From: an uncultured virus (IMG/VR IMGVR_UViG_3300034108_000261)
Lineage: Duplodnaviria > Heunggongvirae > Uroviricota > Caudoviricetes
DNA length: 64,000 nucleotides
Virus record (IMG/VR): IMGVR_UViG_3300034108_000261
Reading direction: 5' to 3' (one strand)
Shown: positions 55,794 through 63,999 of the stretch, one piece after another
How positions within the stretch are numbered: position 1 is the stretch's first letter
How the letters are laid out: each line of letters opens with the position of its first letter
Translations under genes and position numbers: made by a program
The notes under the pieces: generated by a model
Told to the model about the DNA's origin: nothing
Databases searched by the model: none
Seen by the model: only the letters and a program-made list of their open reading frames with translations

Positions 55794-56323
55794 GGGTTTT
55801 CTTCAAGTTTCGCAAATACTTTTACGCATCCGCCTTTACCCTTTCTAAACACTGCTTTGTTAATGACAGTATCGTTGATGTCATACAGACCATCTTGGTA
55901 GGTTGGACCGTTGAGTTTGAACATGGACAGTTGACTGCCTGATTTCTGCTCACCGAGGAAAGTAAATCCACATTTCTCGTAGAATTGGACTGCATCTGCT
56001 TCTGCAGAAACTCGGAAGTATGCAGCGTTGTATCGATGCGCCTCAGCAATAGCAAAGTCACACAACGTCCTGCCAACACCCTTACCACGCGAGGCATAGA
56101 ATGTGTGAAGTAACTGCAGGTTGGCAATGATGGGAGTTCGCTTAGAGAATGATACGATGATAGCGCCGAGAAGATTATCATCTTCCCAGACGCCCATACA
56201 GTTATCCCAGAGTTCTTGCATGTCTGCCTTTGCGACAAAAGTCTTTGCAAAGGAATCTTGCTTCTGAGTTGTAATGTGTTTACTAAATTCTTCGCGACTG
56301 GTTCGACGCAACCTAGACAACAT
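55778..56323 (-). CDS. GNAT-family acetyltransferase
   Basis: LQLLHT....RGKGVGR.L (acetyl-CoA motif A) and A..FYEKCGF (motif B). Start taken at MLSRLRR; the ORF track extends to 56422. Confidence 0.85.
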   Translation of the reverse strand: MLSRLRRTSREEFSKHITTQKQDSFAKTFVAKADMQELWDNCMGVWEDDNLLGAIIVSFSKRTPIIANLQLLHTFYASRGKGVGRTLCDFAIAEAHRYNAAYFRVSAEADAVQFYEKCGFTFLGEQKSGSQLSMFKLNGPTYQDGLYDINDTVINKAVFRKGKGGCVKVFAKLEENPLLFP

Positions 56324-57200
56324 CGTGGAATTCTCGCTTCTTCTCACCGCGAGACTTGTCATACTTGGTATTAATCCAACCAGCGTATTCGTTAAGATCC
56401 CAGATGAATGGAGGGAAGTCAAAGTCGTAGTAATCTAGGATTTCCCTTACACTCGCCCAACTGCCATTCAATGCAGCATCAATAAACGCAGTCGCGAACT
56501 TGAACTGATCTTCAATCTGCTTACGATCGGTAGTTGAACGGAAGCAACGGAACTCAATCGTACCAGTATGCTTCATGCAATACATGTTGATCGCATAACG
56601 GAAAGGACGACCCATGGAAACGCCATCTTTACCTGCTGCATGCATCTTAATAAACGAATCGAAGTCAGTTGCAAGGTTAGCAATGTTATCACACATGTAA
56701 TCAGGCATCTCACGACCACCGTCAAACTTGAGATATGTCGTAGCACCCTTTGCTGACTTCATACCACCACCATCGCGGAACTGATAACACGCTTCAATAG
56801 TGTCTTTCTGGTTTGCCTTGATAAACGCAGTAAGACGCTTCAGTGCATCAATGTCATCTTTCAGACCTGGAACAAAAACGTGAAGGTGTCCATGGTTGAC
56901 GCAGGATGCAGTTGGTTCGTTGCCGAAATCGACAAACAACTCATGAATTTGCATGATGCGATCAACCTGCTCCTCCCACGTGCGAGTTGGTTTGGTATTA
57001 ATCTCGCCACCAAAAGGAGGTTCCACCCCCAATGGGTCACACGCGACAAAACGATACGGTTTGTGAATGTTTACAATGTCAGTTTCCGCAAACTCCCATG
57101 CACCAAGTTCTTCTGGAATCTCAACACGACGATCTATGTCCCCCCACTCAATTTCGTACCCATAAGTGAAGTCTTCAGTATCATATTTCATATTTACCAT
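56313..57200 (-). CDS. Putative amidoligase (glutamine synthetase / glutamate-cysteine ligase fold, COOH-NH2 ligase)
   Basis: YGYEIE, GGEIN.KP, HLHV, RYAIN, GTIEFR motifs. Confidence 0.75.
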   Translation of the reverse strand: MVNMKYDTEDFTYGYEIEWGDIDRRVEIPEELGAWEFAETDIVNIHKPYRFVACDPLGVEPPFGGEINTKPTRTWEEQVDRIMQIHELFVDFGNEPTASCVNHGHLHVFVPGLKDDIDALKRLTAFIKANQKDTIEACYQFRDGGGMKSAKGATTYLKFDGGREMPDYMCDNIANLATDFDSFIKMHAAGKDGVSMGRPFRYAINMYCMKHTGTIEFRCFRSTTDRKQIEDQFKFATAFIDAALNGSWASVREILDYYDFDFPPFIWDLNEYAGWINTKYDKSRGEKKREFHDVV

Positions 57201-57876
57201 ATTGCAAGTCCTTATTATTAGTATTTACTGCTGTTTCAGTAATTTCACCATCAGAAACAGTATAAACTATATTCATGTCACAGTCAATAGTTTTTTCTAC
57301 ACCTGCACGATTAAAAATATCATGAGTAGAAGCAACAATTACGCCATTTTCAGTTCTATACTGTGTAAGTGGGCGTTTACCATTGCGGTAGAAGCGAAAA
57401 ATCTTGTCAGAATGAACTTCACACGCTGAAATTGACGCATCAGGCCAACGTTCAAGTGGATTTTCACCATTTTCAACGGTTTTTAGCAAAAGTTCGCTGT
57501 CATTTCGGGTTTCAGTCGCGTAAGAACTAATTTTTGACCAATTTTCGGGTAATTCTTGTGTAATTACACCGTTATGCACGATTGCAACCTTGTCAGTGAA
57601 CAATGGTTGGTTAAATTCTAGGTCTGAAGTGCTATAACGACAGTGTGCAACCATATAAAGGTTGCCATCTTCATTCAACATGCTATACATGTCAATGCCA
57701 GCAAGGAATTCATCCGCTGGAAGTGGTGCTTTGATGGTAAAGATTGTGTTTTTGCGAACAAACGACACACCTGTTGCGTGTAACCCCCGAATACGAGACT
57801 CGGAGATAACACGCTTCAGAAGCATCATGTCTTCAGCGTTGGGATTTTGAAGAAATGCGCCGACAACACCGCACAT
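57181..57876 (-). CDS. Class II (Ntn) glutamine amidotransferase
   Basis: N-terminal MCG, RG..ATG, H.RYST, QP, HNG.I, DSE, RN..RPL motifs. Confidence 0.9.
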   Translation of the reverse strand: MCGVVGAFLQNPNAEDMMLLKRVISESRIRGLHATGVSFVRKNTIFTIKAPLPADEFLAGIDMYSMLNEDGNLYMVAHCRYSTSDLEFNQPLFTDKVAIVHNGVITQELPENWSKISSYATETRNDSELLLKTVENGENPLERWPDASISACEVHSDKIFRFYRNGKRPLTQYRTENGVIVASTHDIFNRAGVEKTIDCDMNIVYTVSDGEITETAVNTNNKDLQYGKYEI

Positions 57877-59213
57877 TAGAACAAATCCTCTAGTGAAGAC
57901 TCCACCTTGAACGCTGCAGGGTGGAACTTTTCTACAATTTCACGACCCATCTTACCTTCGAGGTATTCATACCACTCAGGTTCGTCCCACATTCCAGGCG
58001 AAACGCCATTCCAGAGTGGGCGATAGAACTTGTGGTTGCGATCCATTCGACGATCGGTTACAAACTGTTCGCGAGTCTGCTCATATTCCCATGGTCCAAG
58101 ATCTAGCATTGCTTCGCGGAAATAGCAAACCAACGAAATGCGTTCAGCATCTGGAGTATCTAGAACAATCTCAGTATTAGCATGCATAATCTCGTGATTG
58201 TTAACAAGCAAAAGATCTCCTGGACGAACGTTCACTGCCATACGATATTCTGGGAATACCAGATAACCACCAGTATAGTTACCCTTACCAACTACCAGAA
58301 GATTCGACAATCCGCTATCTAGATCGCCAGCATCTCGGTGACACGCAGTGCGGAAAGTCTTGTTGACAGTAATGGTGGTAAACACTGTCTCGGGAACGAG
58401 GAAGCGAGGGTCCAACTTGTCTGCCGCTGCTCGTTGATTACCCCAACGCCACGGTAGGAGTTCCTTAAAACCTCTGTCTAGAGACTGGAGGAACGGGAAC
58501 GAAAGAGCAAACTTCTCTGGTTCGTCACGAGTATACGAAGTAGCACGACCGAAGGGAATACGAGGATAACGGTCGAACCAACCAGCAACGCCAGAGAATA
58601 CTGACTTCGCATAGTTAGTCTGCGAAACCCACTTAGTGGCAATCATCTTCGCTTCTTCTGCGCACTGCTCCTTGGTCTTATTATGAAGACCGTCGACCCA
58701 CTTATCGAACCAACCGAAGTATTCGGGATATGTCTTACAGACCTGACTGCGCAACCAGACCTGTCCTCGAGTCTCGTCCTCGGTAGAACGACCTGCGCCT
58801 TCATACTTCTTACGGATAGACTCAATGGAAAGGTCGTCAATCAAACGTCCATCGGTATTCATCAGGAAGTCTAGAACCTCGAGTTCGTAACTGGTAACCC
58901 AATCACGCCCACCACGACCCTCTACGCCAAGAAGTTCTCCGCGAGGTCCAGCAGCGAGTCCACGATTCTGGGATTCTTTTGCTGCCTCGCGGAGACCGAT
59001 GTATGCGGAATCTCGTTCTTCCTGCGTAAACCAGTTCTTACGAAACTTGAACGCAATACGCTGTTCGTCGCCAAGACTTGGAGAACCGAATACCGATTCC
59101 ATGTAGCAGTCTGTGTCTTCATTAATAACAATGTCATAATGACTGTCATCAACATATTGACCGAGCAAATGCTCACAGTCAAGTTTAGACTCAGCAACAA
59201 TAATTTTTACCAT
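57876..59213 (-). CDS. TET/JBP-family 2-oxoglutarate-Fe(II) dioxygenase
   Basis: FTT.TVN..FRTACHRDAGD (HxD), GG.L.FPEY, GDLL....HE..H.NT, R.S.V.Y.RE motifs. Confidence 0.85.
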   Translation of the reverse strand: MVKIIVAESKLDCEHLLGQYVDDSHYDIVINEDTDCYMESVFGSPSLGDEQRIAFKFRKNWFTQEERDSAYIGLREAAKESQNRGLAAGPRGELLGVEGRGGRDWVTSYELEVLDFLMNTDGRLIDDLSIESIRKKYEGAGRSTEDETRGQVWLRSQVCKTYPEYFGWFDKWVDGLHNKTKEQCAEEAKMIATKWVSQTNYAKSVFSGVAGWFDRYPRIPFGRATSYTRDEPEKFALSFPFLQSLDRGFKELLPWRWGNQRAAADKLDPRFLVPETVFTTITVNKTFRTACHRDAGDLDSGLSNLLVVGKGNYTGGYLVFPEYRMAVNVRPGDLLLVNNHEIMHANTEIVLDTPDAERISLVCYFREAMLDLGPWEYEQTREQFVTDRRMDRNHKFYRPLWNGVSPGMWDEPEWYEYLEGKMGREIVEKFHPAAFKVESSLEDLF

Positions 59214-59262
59214 AATATCTCCAAAACTTTTCTTACATTATATGTAGGCAACTTTAAATACT

Positions 59263-59291
59263 ACTATACTAGATTTCTCGACAAATGTCAA
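59263..59291 (-). promoter_or_regulatory. sigma70-like promoter TTGACA-N17-TATAGT heading the modification operon
   Basis: Minus strand ttgacatttgtcgagaaatctagtatagt. Confidence 0.7.
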
Positions 59292-59848
59292 GTCTTTTTC
59301 AGCACATCGTCAAAAGAAATCGGCGTGTAGTTAATCTGCTCCACGCATACACACAGGTAGCGAGGGTCTGGTTCGGTAACAAGTCCAGTCATGTAACCAT
59401 GAACCATGTTGGTTCTTGTATGCATGATCCGATTACCATGCAGGTGACCGTGGACGTTGCGCTTGAACCGCTCACCTACACAGTCTGGGTGAAGAGGAAT
59501 ATGAGACAGGATGAACTGATCCACAAACACGCGAACGCCATGAATCTGCTCGAACCCTGCCCCATAATAATCCTTATCCTTGTAAATGTCATGATTTCCA
59601 CGGATAAGGATTTTCCGCCCATTCAGACGCTTCACTGTTTCCAGATGGCGTCGGGCGATTACTACATCCCCAAGATGATACACTGTATCTTGCGGACGAA
59701 CTGTCTTGTTCCAGTTGTCTACCATTGCCTCGTCCATCTCCTCGGTGGAGGTGAAAGGACGGAGAGGACTACCATCCTCTAGGGTAAACTTTTCCCATGT
59801 GCTGGTATGTCCAAAATGGGTATCACTGATTAGAAATCTAGCTGGCAT
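59288..59848 (-). CDS. Calcineurin-like metallophosphoesterase
   Basis: SDTHFGH, HLGD, GNHD, SHIP, HGHLH motifs. Confidence 0.92.
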   Translation of the reverse strand: MPARFLISDTHFGHTSTWEKFTLEDGSPLRPFTSTEEMDEAMVDNWNKTVRPQDTVYHLGDVVIARRHLETVKRLNGRKILIRGNHDIYKDKDYYGAGFEQIHGVRVFVDQFILSHIPLHPDCVGERFKRNVHGHLHGNRIMHTRTNMVHGYMTGLVTEPDPRYLCVCVEQINYTPISFDDVLKKT

Positions 59849-59987
59849 TTTGCTTTCCGTTGTATATTCGTGTTGCTTCTACACTGAGCGACAATACGGC
59901 AGTTGCATTGATACGACAAGCGATGTTCAAAACAATCCACTTAGCGATGTATGCAGTGATACGTTCTTTGCGACTTAAATTCATCAT
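59838..59987 (-). CDS. Small hypothetical protein (49 aa)
   Basis: MMNLSRKERITAYIAKW...; ATGA overlap with the upstream gene, which ends in a GGAGG RBS. Confidence 0.55.
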   Translation of the reverse strand: MMNLSRKERITAYIAKWIVLNIACRINATAVLSLSVEATRIYNGKQNAS

Positions 59988-60475
59988 GCTGCCTCCTGTG
60001 CTGCACACCACTTGTGATAAAGACCGACTTCGCGACCATATGCCTCGATCTCCCAAGGAGAATCGAAATAGGCATCTTCCTTGCCCTTTGGTTTCCAGAT
60101 TTGACCCATCCACTTGCTGTAGATTTTGAGACCACCACGAGCAGCGACCGCATGACCAGTCGCGAGTTCGTTCTTCGCGTGTTGCTTGACGTGAACCATC
60201 TCGTGACCAAGAACCTTGATCATTTCATTCACGTCTTGGTTCTTGAGACCGATCGTGAACCAGCGAGGGTTCTTCGTGCCGTCCTCATCGACGCACTCAC
60301 CTTCGAGGTCAAAGTTTTTCCAAACTTCGATATCTAGTGTCAGATTTTGAACCATACGAGGGTCCATCAGTTGCGCTGCAAAAAACTCTGCTGCTTTAAT
60401 CAACTTCGCTTTCTCGGCGCGACGACCAATCATTCCCGTTACTGTGATATTCATATTCAATTCCTTCATAACCAA
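59984..60475 (-). CDS. HExxH zinc metallopeptidase-like protein
   Basis: LGHEMVHVKQ and Y...PWEIEAY motifs; the true start may be slightly downstream. Confidence 0.7.
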   Translation of the reverse strand: MVMKELNMNITVTGMIGRRAEKAKLIKAAEFFAAQLMDPRMVQNLTLDIEVWKNFDLEGECVDEDGTKNPRWFTIGLKNQDVNEMIKVLGHEMVHVKQHAKNELATGHAVAARGGLKIYSKWMGQIWKPKGKEDAYFDSPWEIEAYGREVGLYHKWCAAQEAA

Positions 60476-60482
60476 TACAGAC

Positions 60483-60511
60483 AGTATACCCTAAAACGCA
60501 ACAGAAGTCAA
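60483..60511 (-). promoter_or_regulatory. Early-type promoter TTGACT-N17-TATACT
   Basis: Minus strand ttgacttctgttgcgttttagggtatact. Confidence 0.8.
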
Positions 60512-60717
60512 GCCCCTATTAGGTCGTCAAGCACAATATTAATTATTTCTTCGAAGTCATCATCAGGGTGAAGGCGAGTTCCTGCCCAGACATTCATCAT
60601 AAGTCCATCAACATATTCACGGAGTTCTTCACCATGAGTACCAGAGACGCATTCATAGATGTAGTCAAAGGCATCAGGTGCAATGGCGAGAGCATCAAGT
60701 ATTTTTTGTTCAGTCAT
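60508..60717 (-). CDS. Small acidic hypothetical protein
   Basis: MTEQKILDALA... after an AAGGA RBS; the ORF-track start at 60756 is in the promoter. Confidence 0.7.
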   Translation of the reverse strand: MTEQKILDALAIAPDAFDYIYECVSGTHGEELREYVDGLMMNVWAGTRLHPDDDFEEIINIVLDDLIGA

Positions 60718-60744
60718 ATCAATTTCCTTTTTTATCATATACAC

Positions 60745-60773
60745 AGTATACCCCAAAACAAGGCAGAAGTCAA
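60745..60773 (-). promoter_or_regulatory. Early-type promoter TTGACT-N17-TATACT
   Basis: Minus strand ttgacttctgccttgttttggggtatact. Confidence 0.8.
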
Positions 60774-60795
60774 GCCCTCATTTGTCTTTTTTCAA

Positions 60796-61548
60796 TTATA
60801 TTTTGTCCAAAAAACGAGAAGCAACCACTTCGTTCCACTCTCTCCCTGGATGCATCAGGTCTCGACCCTCAATGCGATTGATCGTTAAATCACCACTAAC
60901 ATTCTCCATTGGCATCTCTATTAGCGGAACGCCAATGCTATTACAGATGGTCTGAACCCCCATCACGTTCTTCAACTGATTCATCTCTGCGTTAGCAGGG
61001 TGCGACAACCAACCATGGTAAAATTCGTTAATCTTGGCAGTAACAGAATCTGGTAGATACGATGCATTCGGCATAATATTCAGAATATGGTTATCCAACA
61101 CGATTTCCATCCTCCCTACTTTGGGTGTTAGCATCATAACATACTTCGGACGCAATAGTGGAATCCAGTGGTGTGCCAAACGAAAACACGTATCCGACGA
61201 CCCCGCTCCTATACCAAGGTTATAATGACGAAGTCCAAGGCTACTCGCTACTTTATACGTCCAACTACTTTCTAGATCTACACCTATCCCTGCAGTAAGG
61301 GAACACCCAAGGAAAAGCACAGAGTCGTTCGGTTCGTAAGTAAACTCCTCAGACCGAAACCCATCTTTATTGAATGTGTAAGAAATACTGTCTCGCGTCC
61401 ATCCATACTCCTCTAGCAATGCTCGTTTTGCTGGGTCTGCCATGTTGGCATCAAAACGGTCTTCAGAGTCAGACTGACTCCACTTTACCGTCTTGCCTGC
61501 ATGTCCGAGGTTTATACTATACCAACTTTGTCCGTAACTCTTAGTCAT
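60796..61548 (-). CDS. SGNH/GDSL-like protein
   Basis: Y.FN..GFRS, FLGCS.T.G.G, NLG..AGS and RD..HPG motifs. Confidence 0.65.
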   Translation of the reverse strand: MTKSYGQSWYSINLGHAGKTVKWSQSDSEDRFDANMADPAKRALLEEYGWTRDSISYTFNKDGFRSEEFTYEPNDSVLFLGCSLTAGIGVDLESSWTYKVASSLGLRHYNLGIGAGSSDTCFRLAHHWIPLLRPKYVMMLTPKVGRMEIVLDNHILNIMPNASYLPDSVTAKINEFYHGWLSHPANAEMNQLKNVMGVQTICNSIGVPLIEMPMENVSGDLTINRIEGRDLMHPGREWNEVVASRFLDKI

Positions 61549-62082
61549 TTAACTCTTCCATTGTTTCCATTCTTCTACTGGAACCCTCTCCCGAGTTGCC
61601 ATCAATTGGTTATAAACCTCAACGCATCGTTCCAAGTCCTGTAGAGTGTATACCGAATTCTCTACATAAACATCTGCTGCAGTTGTAGTATAGTGTCGTG
61701 TATTCGTTCGAACAGACTGCTTCTGCATAGTATCTATCCTAGGAATATACTGCTCGAGGTCATAGAAATCTATAATACGAAAATTAACATCGATAAAGTC
61801 AATGGTAAGAAATCTATTTACTTTTAGATTATGTAGATACGGTGCAGAATGTCGAGCAAACTCCTCGAGTCGTAACTTCGGTGGTCCATTGCATAAGAAT
61901 GGCATAGAGGAAACAACACGGTCTATAGGGTTACGAAGAACCAATATGGGATTGTGGTGCAGCATCCAGTCGCGCATACCAAACCCGTGTGGTGTTTCCT
62001 GTTTAAAGTAGTTAAACATGTTGGTAGACCCACAGCGAAGGTTTGCCATGACAGCACAATTACGATTGCAATGGATAAACAT
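61549..62082 (-). CDS. Sulfotransferase-like protein (short)
   Basis: RCGSTN (5'-PAPS-binding-like) and LRNPIDRVVS (3'-phosphate-binding-like) motifs. Confidence 0.5.
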   Translation of the reverse strand: MFIHCNRNCAVMANLRCGSTNMFNYFKQETPHGFGMRDWMLHHNPILVLRNPIDRVVSSMPFLCNGPPKLRLEEFARHSAPYLHNLKVNRFLTIDFIDVNFRIIDFYDLEQYIPRIDTMQKQSVRTNTRHYTTTAADVYVENSVYTLQDLERCVEVYNQLMATRERVPVEEWKQWKS

Positions 62083-62286
62083 GTTGAACCTTTTAGAGTC
62101 CTAATCTGGCCGCAAAAAAATTAATTCGGCATTATATAGGAAAGTGTGTAGCGGGAGAGGGAAGTGTTTTTGATCGAAGACTGAGACGATGTTGAAGCAA
62201 GTGGGCGCTTAACCCCTCGTGCGGCTCGGGTACCTTGTCCAACTTTCCATAGCTCACTTTCTCTGGAGAGAGTACTGCTACCTCAC

Positions 62287-62529
62287 TTACACGCCACGTG
62301 GGACGCGAAGGAGGCGCATGACGTCTTTGTCAAGATAGTCACCCAGAGCAGTCCACTGACGGAAAGCGACACACTCGGTCATTCGAGCAGCGCAACGGTC
62401 GATGTTGGCACAACCTTCGCAGGGAACATCACGTGTGTTCTCTGGGGTGTTCAGGGGAAGGAGGGCATTCGCCGACCGACCCTTGAGGTAATCTTGTTCA
62501 CAACCAACGGAGAAATATTCGGTATTCAT
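62287..62529 (-). CDS. Small Cys-rich hypothetical protein (possible metal binding)
   Basis: PCEGC....RC.....EC.AF; AAGGA RBS. Confidence 0.7.
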   Translation of the reverse strand: MNTEYFSVGCEQDYLKGRSANALLPLNTPENTRDVPCEGCANIDRCAARMTECVAFRQWTALGDYLDKDVMRLLRVPRGV

Positions 62530-62558
62530 AATAACTTTTCCTTTTTAACTATACTACC

Positions 62559-62587
62559 AGTATACCCTATTTTTGGGATAAAGTCAA
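62559..62587 (-). promoter_or_regulatory. Early-type promoter TTGACT-N17-TATACT
   Basis: Minus strand ttgactttatcccaaaaatagggtatact. Confidence 0.8.
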
Positions 62588-62591
62588 CAAC

Positions 62592-62744
62592 TCATTTGCC
62601 TTTTCCTGAATTAATTTCAATTATCCTGTCCCAATTGATATTGTACGGTAATTTCATGTCGCGGAACTCAATGAGTTGTGCTACCTTGTCTTCCGCTTGT
62701 TGAAATATCTTGTAAACGTCTGCTAGTGTGTATTCGTAAGCCAT
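62592..62744 (-). CDS. Small hypothetical protein (50 aa)
   Basis: Read manually: MAYEYTLADVYKIFQQAEDK...INSGKGK; AAGG RBS and its own promoter. Confidence 0.65.
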   Translation of the reverse strand: MAYEYTLADVYKIFQQAEDKVAQLIEFRDMKLPYNINWDRIIEINSGKGK

Positions 62745-62777
62745 AATTTAAACCTTTCTTTCAAAGACGACATAGTC

Positions 62778-62806
62778 AGTATACCTCGATTTGCTGTGGA
62801 AGTCAA
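62778..62806 (-). promoter_or_regulatory. Early-type promoter TTGACT-N17-TATACT
   Basis: Minus strand ttgacttccacagcaaatcgaggtatact. Confidence 0.8.
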
Positions 62807-62825
62807 CACTTTTCTTCATCTTATT

Positions 62826-62866
62826 ACAAATAAAATGATCCCCCTGCCATTGCTGACAGAGGGACC
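62826..62866 (-). terminator. Probable intrinsic terminator
   Basis: Minus strand gtccctctgtca-gcaa-tggcagggggat-cattttatttg (GNRA-capped stem plus U-rich tail). Confidence 0.6.
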
Positions 62867-62902
62867 ATGGGGTGCACAGAGAGGAAAAGGAAAGGAAACT
62901 CC

Positions 62903-63184
62903 CTATGCAGCAAACTCTTGGTCGACCCACTCTTGGCGACGAGCATCAGCACGTTTGTTGTATGCATTCGCTTCGACCTGCTGATTGGTGAAGTCGACGA
63001 TGTGGGTCAGTTCGTCCACACCCTTGTCTGCGATGTCCGCGAGACATGCAGAGAGATACCCGAGAACGAAGGAGTTGTTGCCATCACCGAGAGTGCGGAG
63101 ATTGACGAACAACTGGTCGACCAGATCCTTGGTGGAGTAGACACGAGTCACAGCAGGGTGGCAGTAGTTTACAGAATCAGTCAT
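62903..63184 (-). CDS. Hypothetical protein (93 aa)
   Basis: ORF packed 2 nt after the upstream gene; GGAG RBS. Confidence 0.7.
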   Translation of the reverse strand: MTDSVNYCHPAVTRVYSTKDLVDQLFVNLRTLGDGNNSFVLGYLSACLADIADKGVDELTHIVDFTNQQVEANAYNKRADARRQEWVDQEFAA

Positions 63185-63186
63185 AA

Positions 63187-63411
63187 TTACATGCTCCAGT
63201 AGGTTTCAGAGGAAGGATCGCAAGCGAGAGGAGTATTGACAGGGATCTTTACTTCCTTGCCAGACATCAGCGAGGTGACGGTCTTGGTGGTAAATTGTCC
63301 CAGATAGAACGCTTCAGCGAGAGCATCGCGCTTCAGACGGTGGGCATTGACCATTTCATTGCCATTCTTCATCACGAGGTAGACGCCATTCATTTTTTCA
63401 ACGGTAAACAT
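63187..63411 (-). CDS. Small hypothetical protein with a conserved phage C-terminal motif
   Basis: V..LMSG....I..NTP..CDPSSETYWSM; AAGGA RBS before MFTVEK. Confidence 0.75.
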   Translation of the reverse strand: MFTVEKMNGVYLVMKNGNEMVNAHRLKRDALAEAFYLGQFTTKTVTSLMSGKEVKIPVNTPLACDPSSETYWSM

Positions 63412-63438
63412 AATCAAGTTCCTTTTCTTAGTATTACC

Positions 63439-63467
63439 ATTCTACCCCAAAACGTGCCAGAAGTCAA
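63439..63467 (-). promoter_or_regulatory. Early-type promoter TTGACT-N17-TAGAAT
   Basis: Minus strand ttgacttctggcacgttttggggtagaat. Confidence 0.7.
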
Positions 63468-63634
63468 CACTTTTCTTGCTTCCCGACAACTTTTTTTTGT
63501 GCGGGTGTCGCGGTCAGTGGCGAAGTGTGAGTGGACTAAGACGAACCTCGACACACCCCGACACGCCCCATTTCACTCCATTCGATTCAAGAACAGGACT
63601 ATGCGTAATTTACACTAAATGTTAGTGAAAATCA

Positions 63635-63853
63635 CTAACTTACTCCAAACAGTTCATCTAATGCTATTTGCTTCTCACTAGGAATTCTTTCTATTGGGTA
63701 TCTATTCCCTGCAGGAAATCCGATATATGCATTCAGTTTATTGAGAGTGTTTCTCTCTTCCACCCATGCCTGCATCTTATCATCATCATTTAGCATATCA
63801 TACGTCCAGTCGTCAATACGCTTCTGTAAATCATCAAATGTTCTAGCAGTCAT
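63635..63853 (-). CDS. Small hypothetical protein
   Basis: MTARTFDDLQ..., ATGA overlap with the upstream partial gene. Confidence 0.6.
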   Translation of the reverse strand: MTARTFDDLQKRIDDWTYDMLNDDDKMQAWVEERNTLNKLNAYIGFPAGNRYPIERIPSEKQIALDELFGVS

Positions 63854-63999
63854 TCTGTTAGATCTTTCCATTCTTGCACGGATATTCTCTCTTTGGTTCT
63901 CATAAATTCGTTATAGATTTTTAGTTCTTCTCGCAGATCCTCCAGAGAATATACATCGTTTGGTACATGCACATCCTCTACTACTGCGGTATCATCTAT
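63850..63999 (-). CDS. Partial CDS (C-terminus), paralog of the sulfotransferase-like 61549-62082
   Basis: Read manually: ...TAVVEDVHVPNDVYSLEDLREELKIYNEFMRTKERISVQEWKDLTE*, which aligns by eye with TTAADVYVENSVYTLQDLERCVEVYNQLMATRERVPVEEWKQWKS. Confidence 0.7.
   Translation of the reverse strand: MDDTAVVEDVHVPNDVYSLEDLREELKIYNEFMRTKERISVQEWKDLTE

Noticed and set aside
59285..59782. 165-aa plus-strand ORF, and likewise 55822-56250 (+)
   Set aside because: Antisense to well-supported phosphoesterase and GNAT genes.
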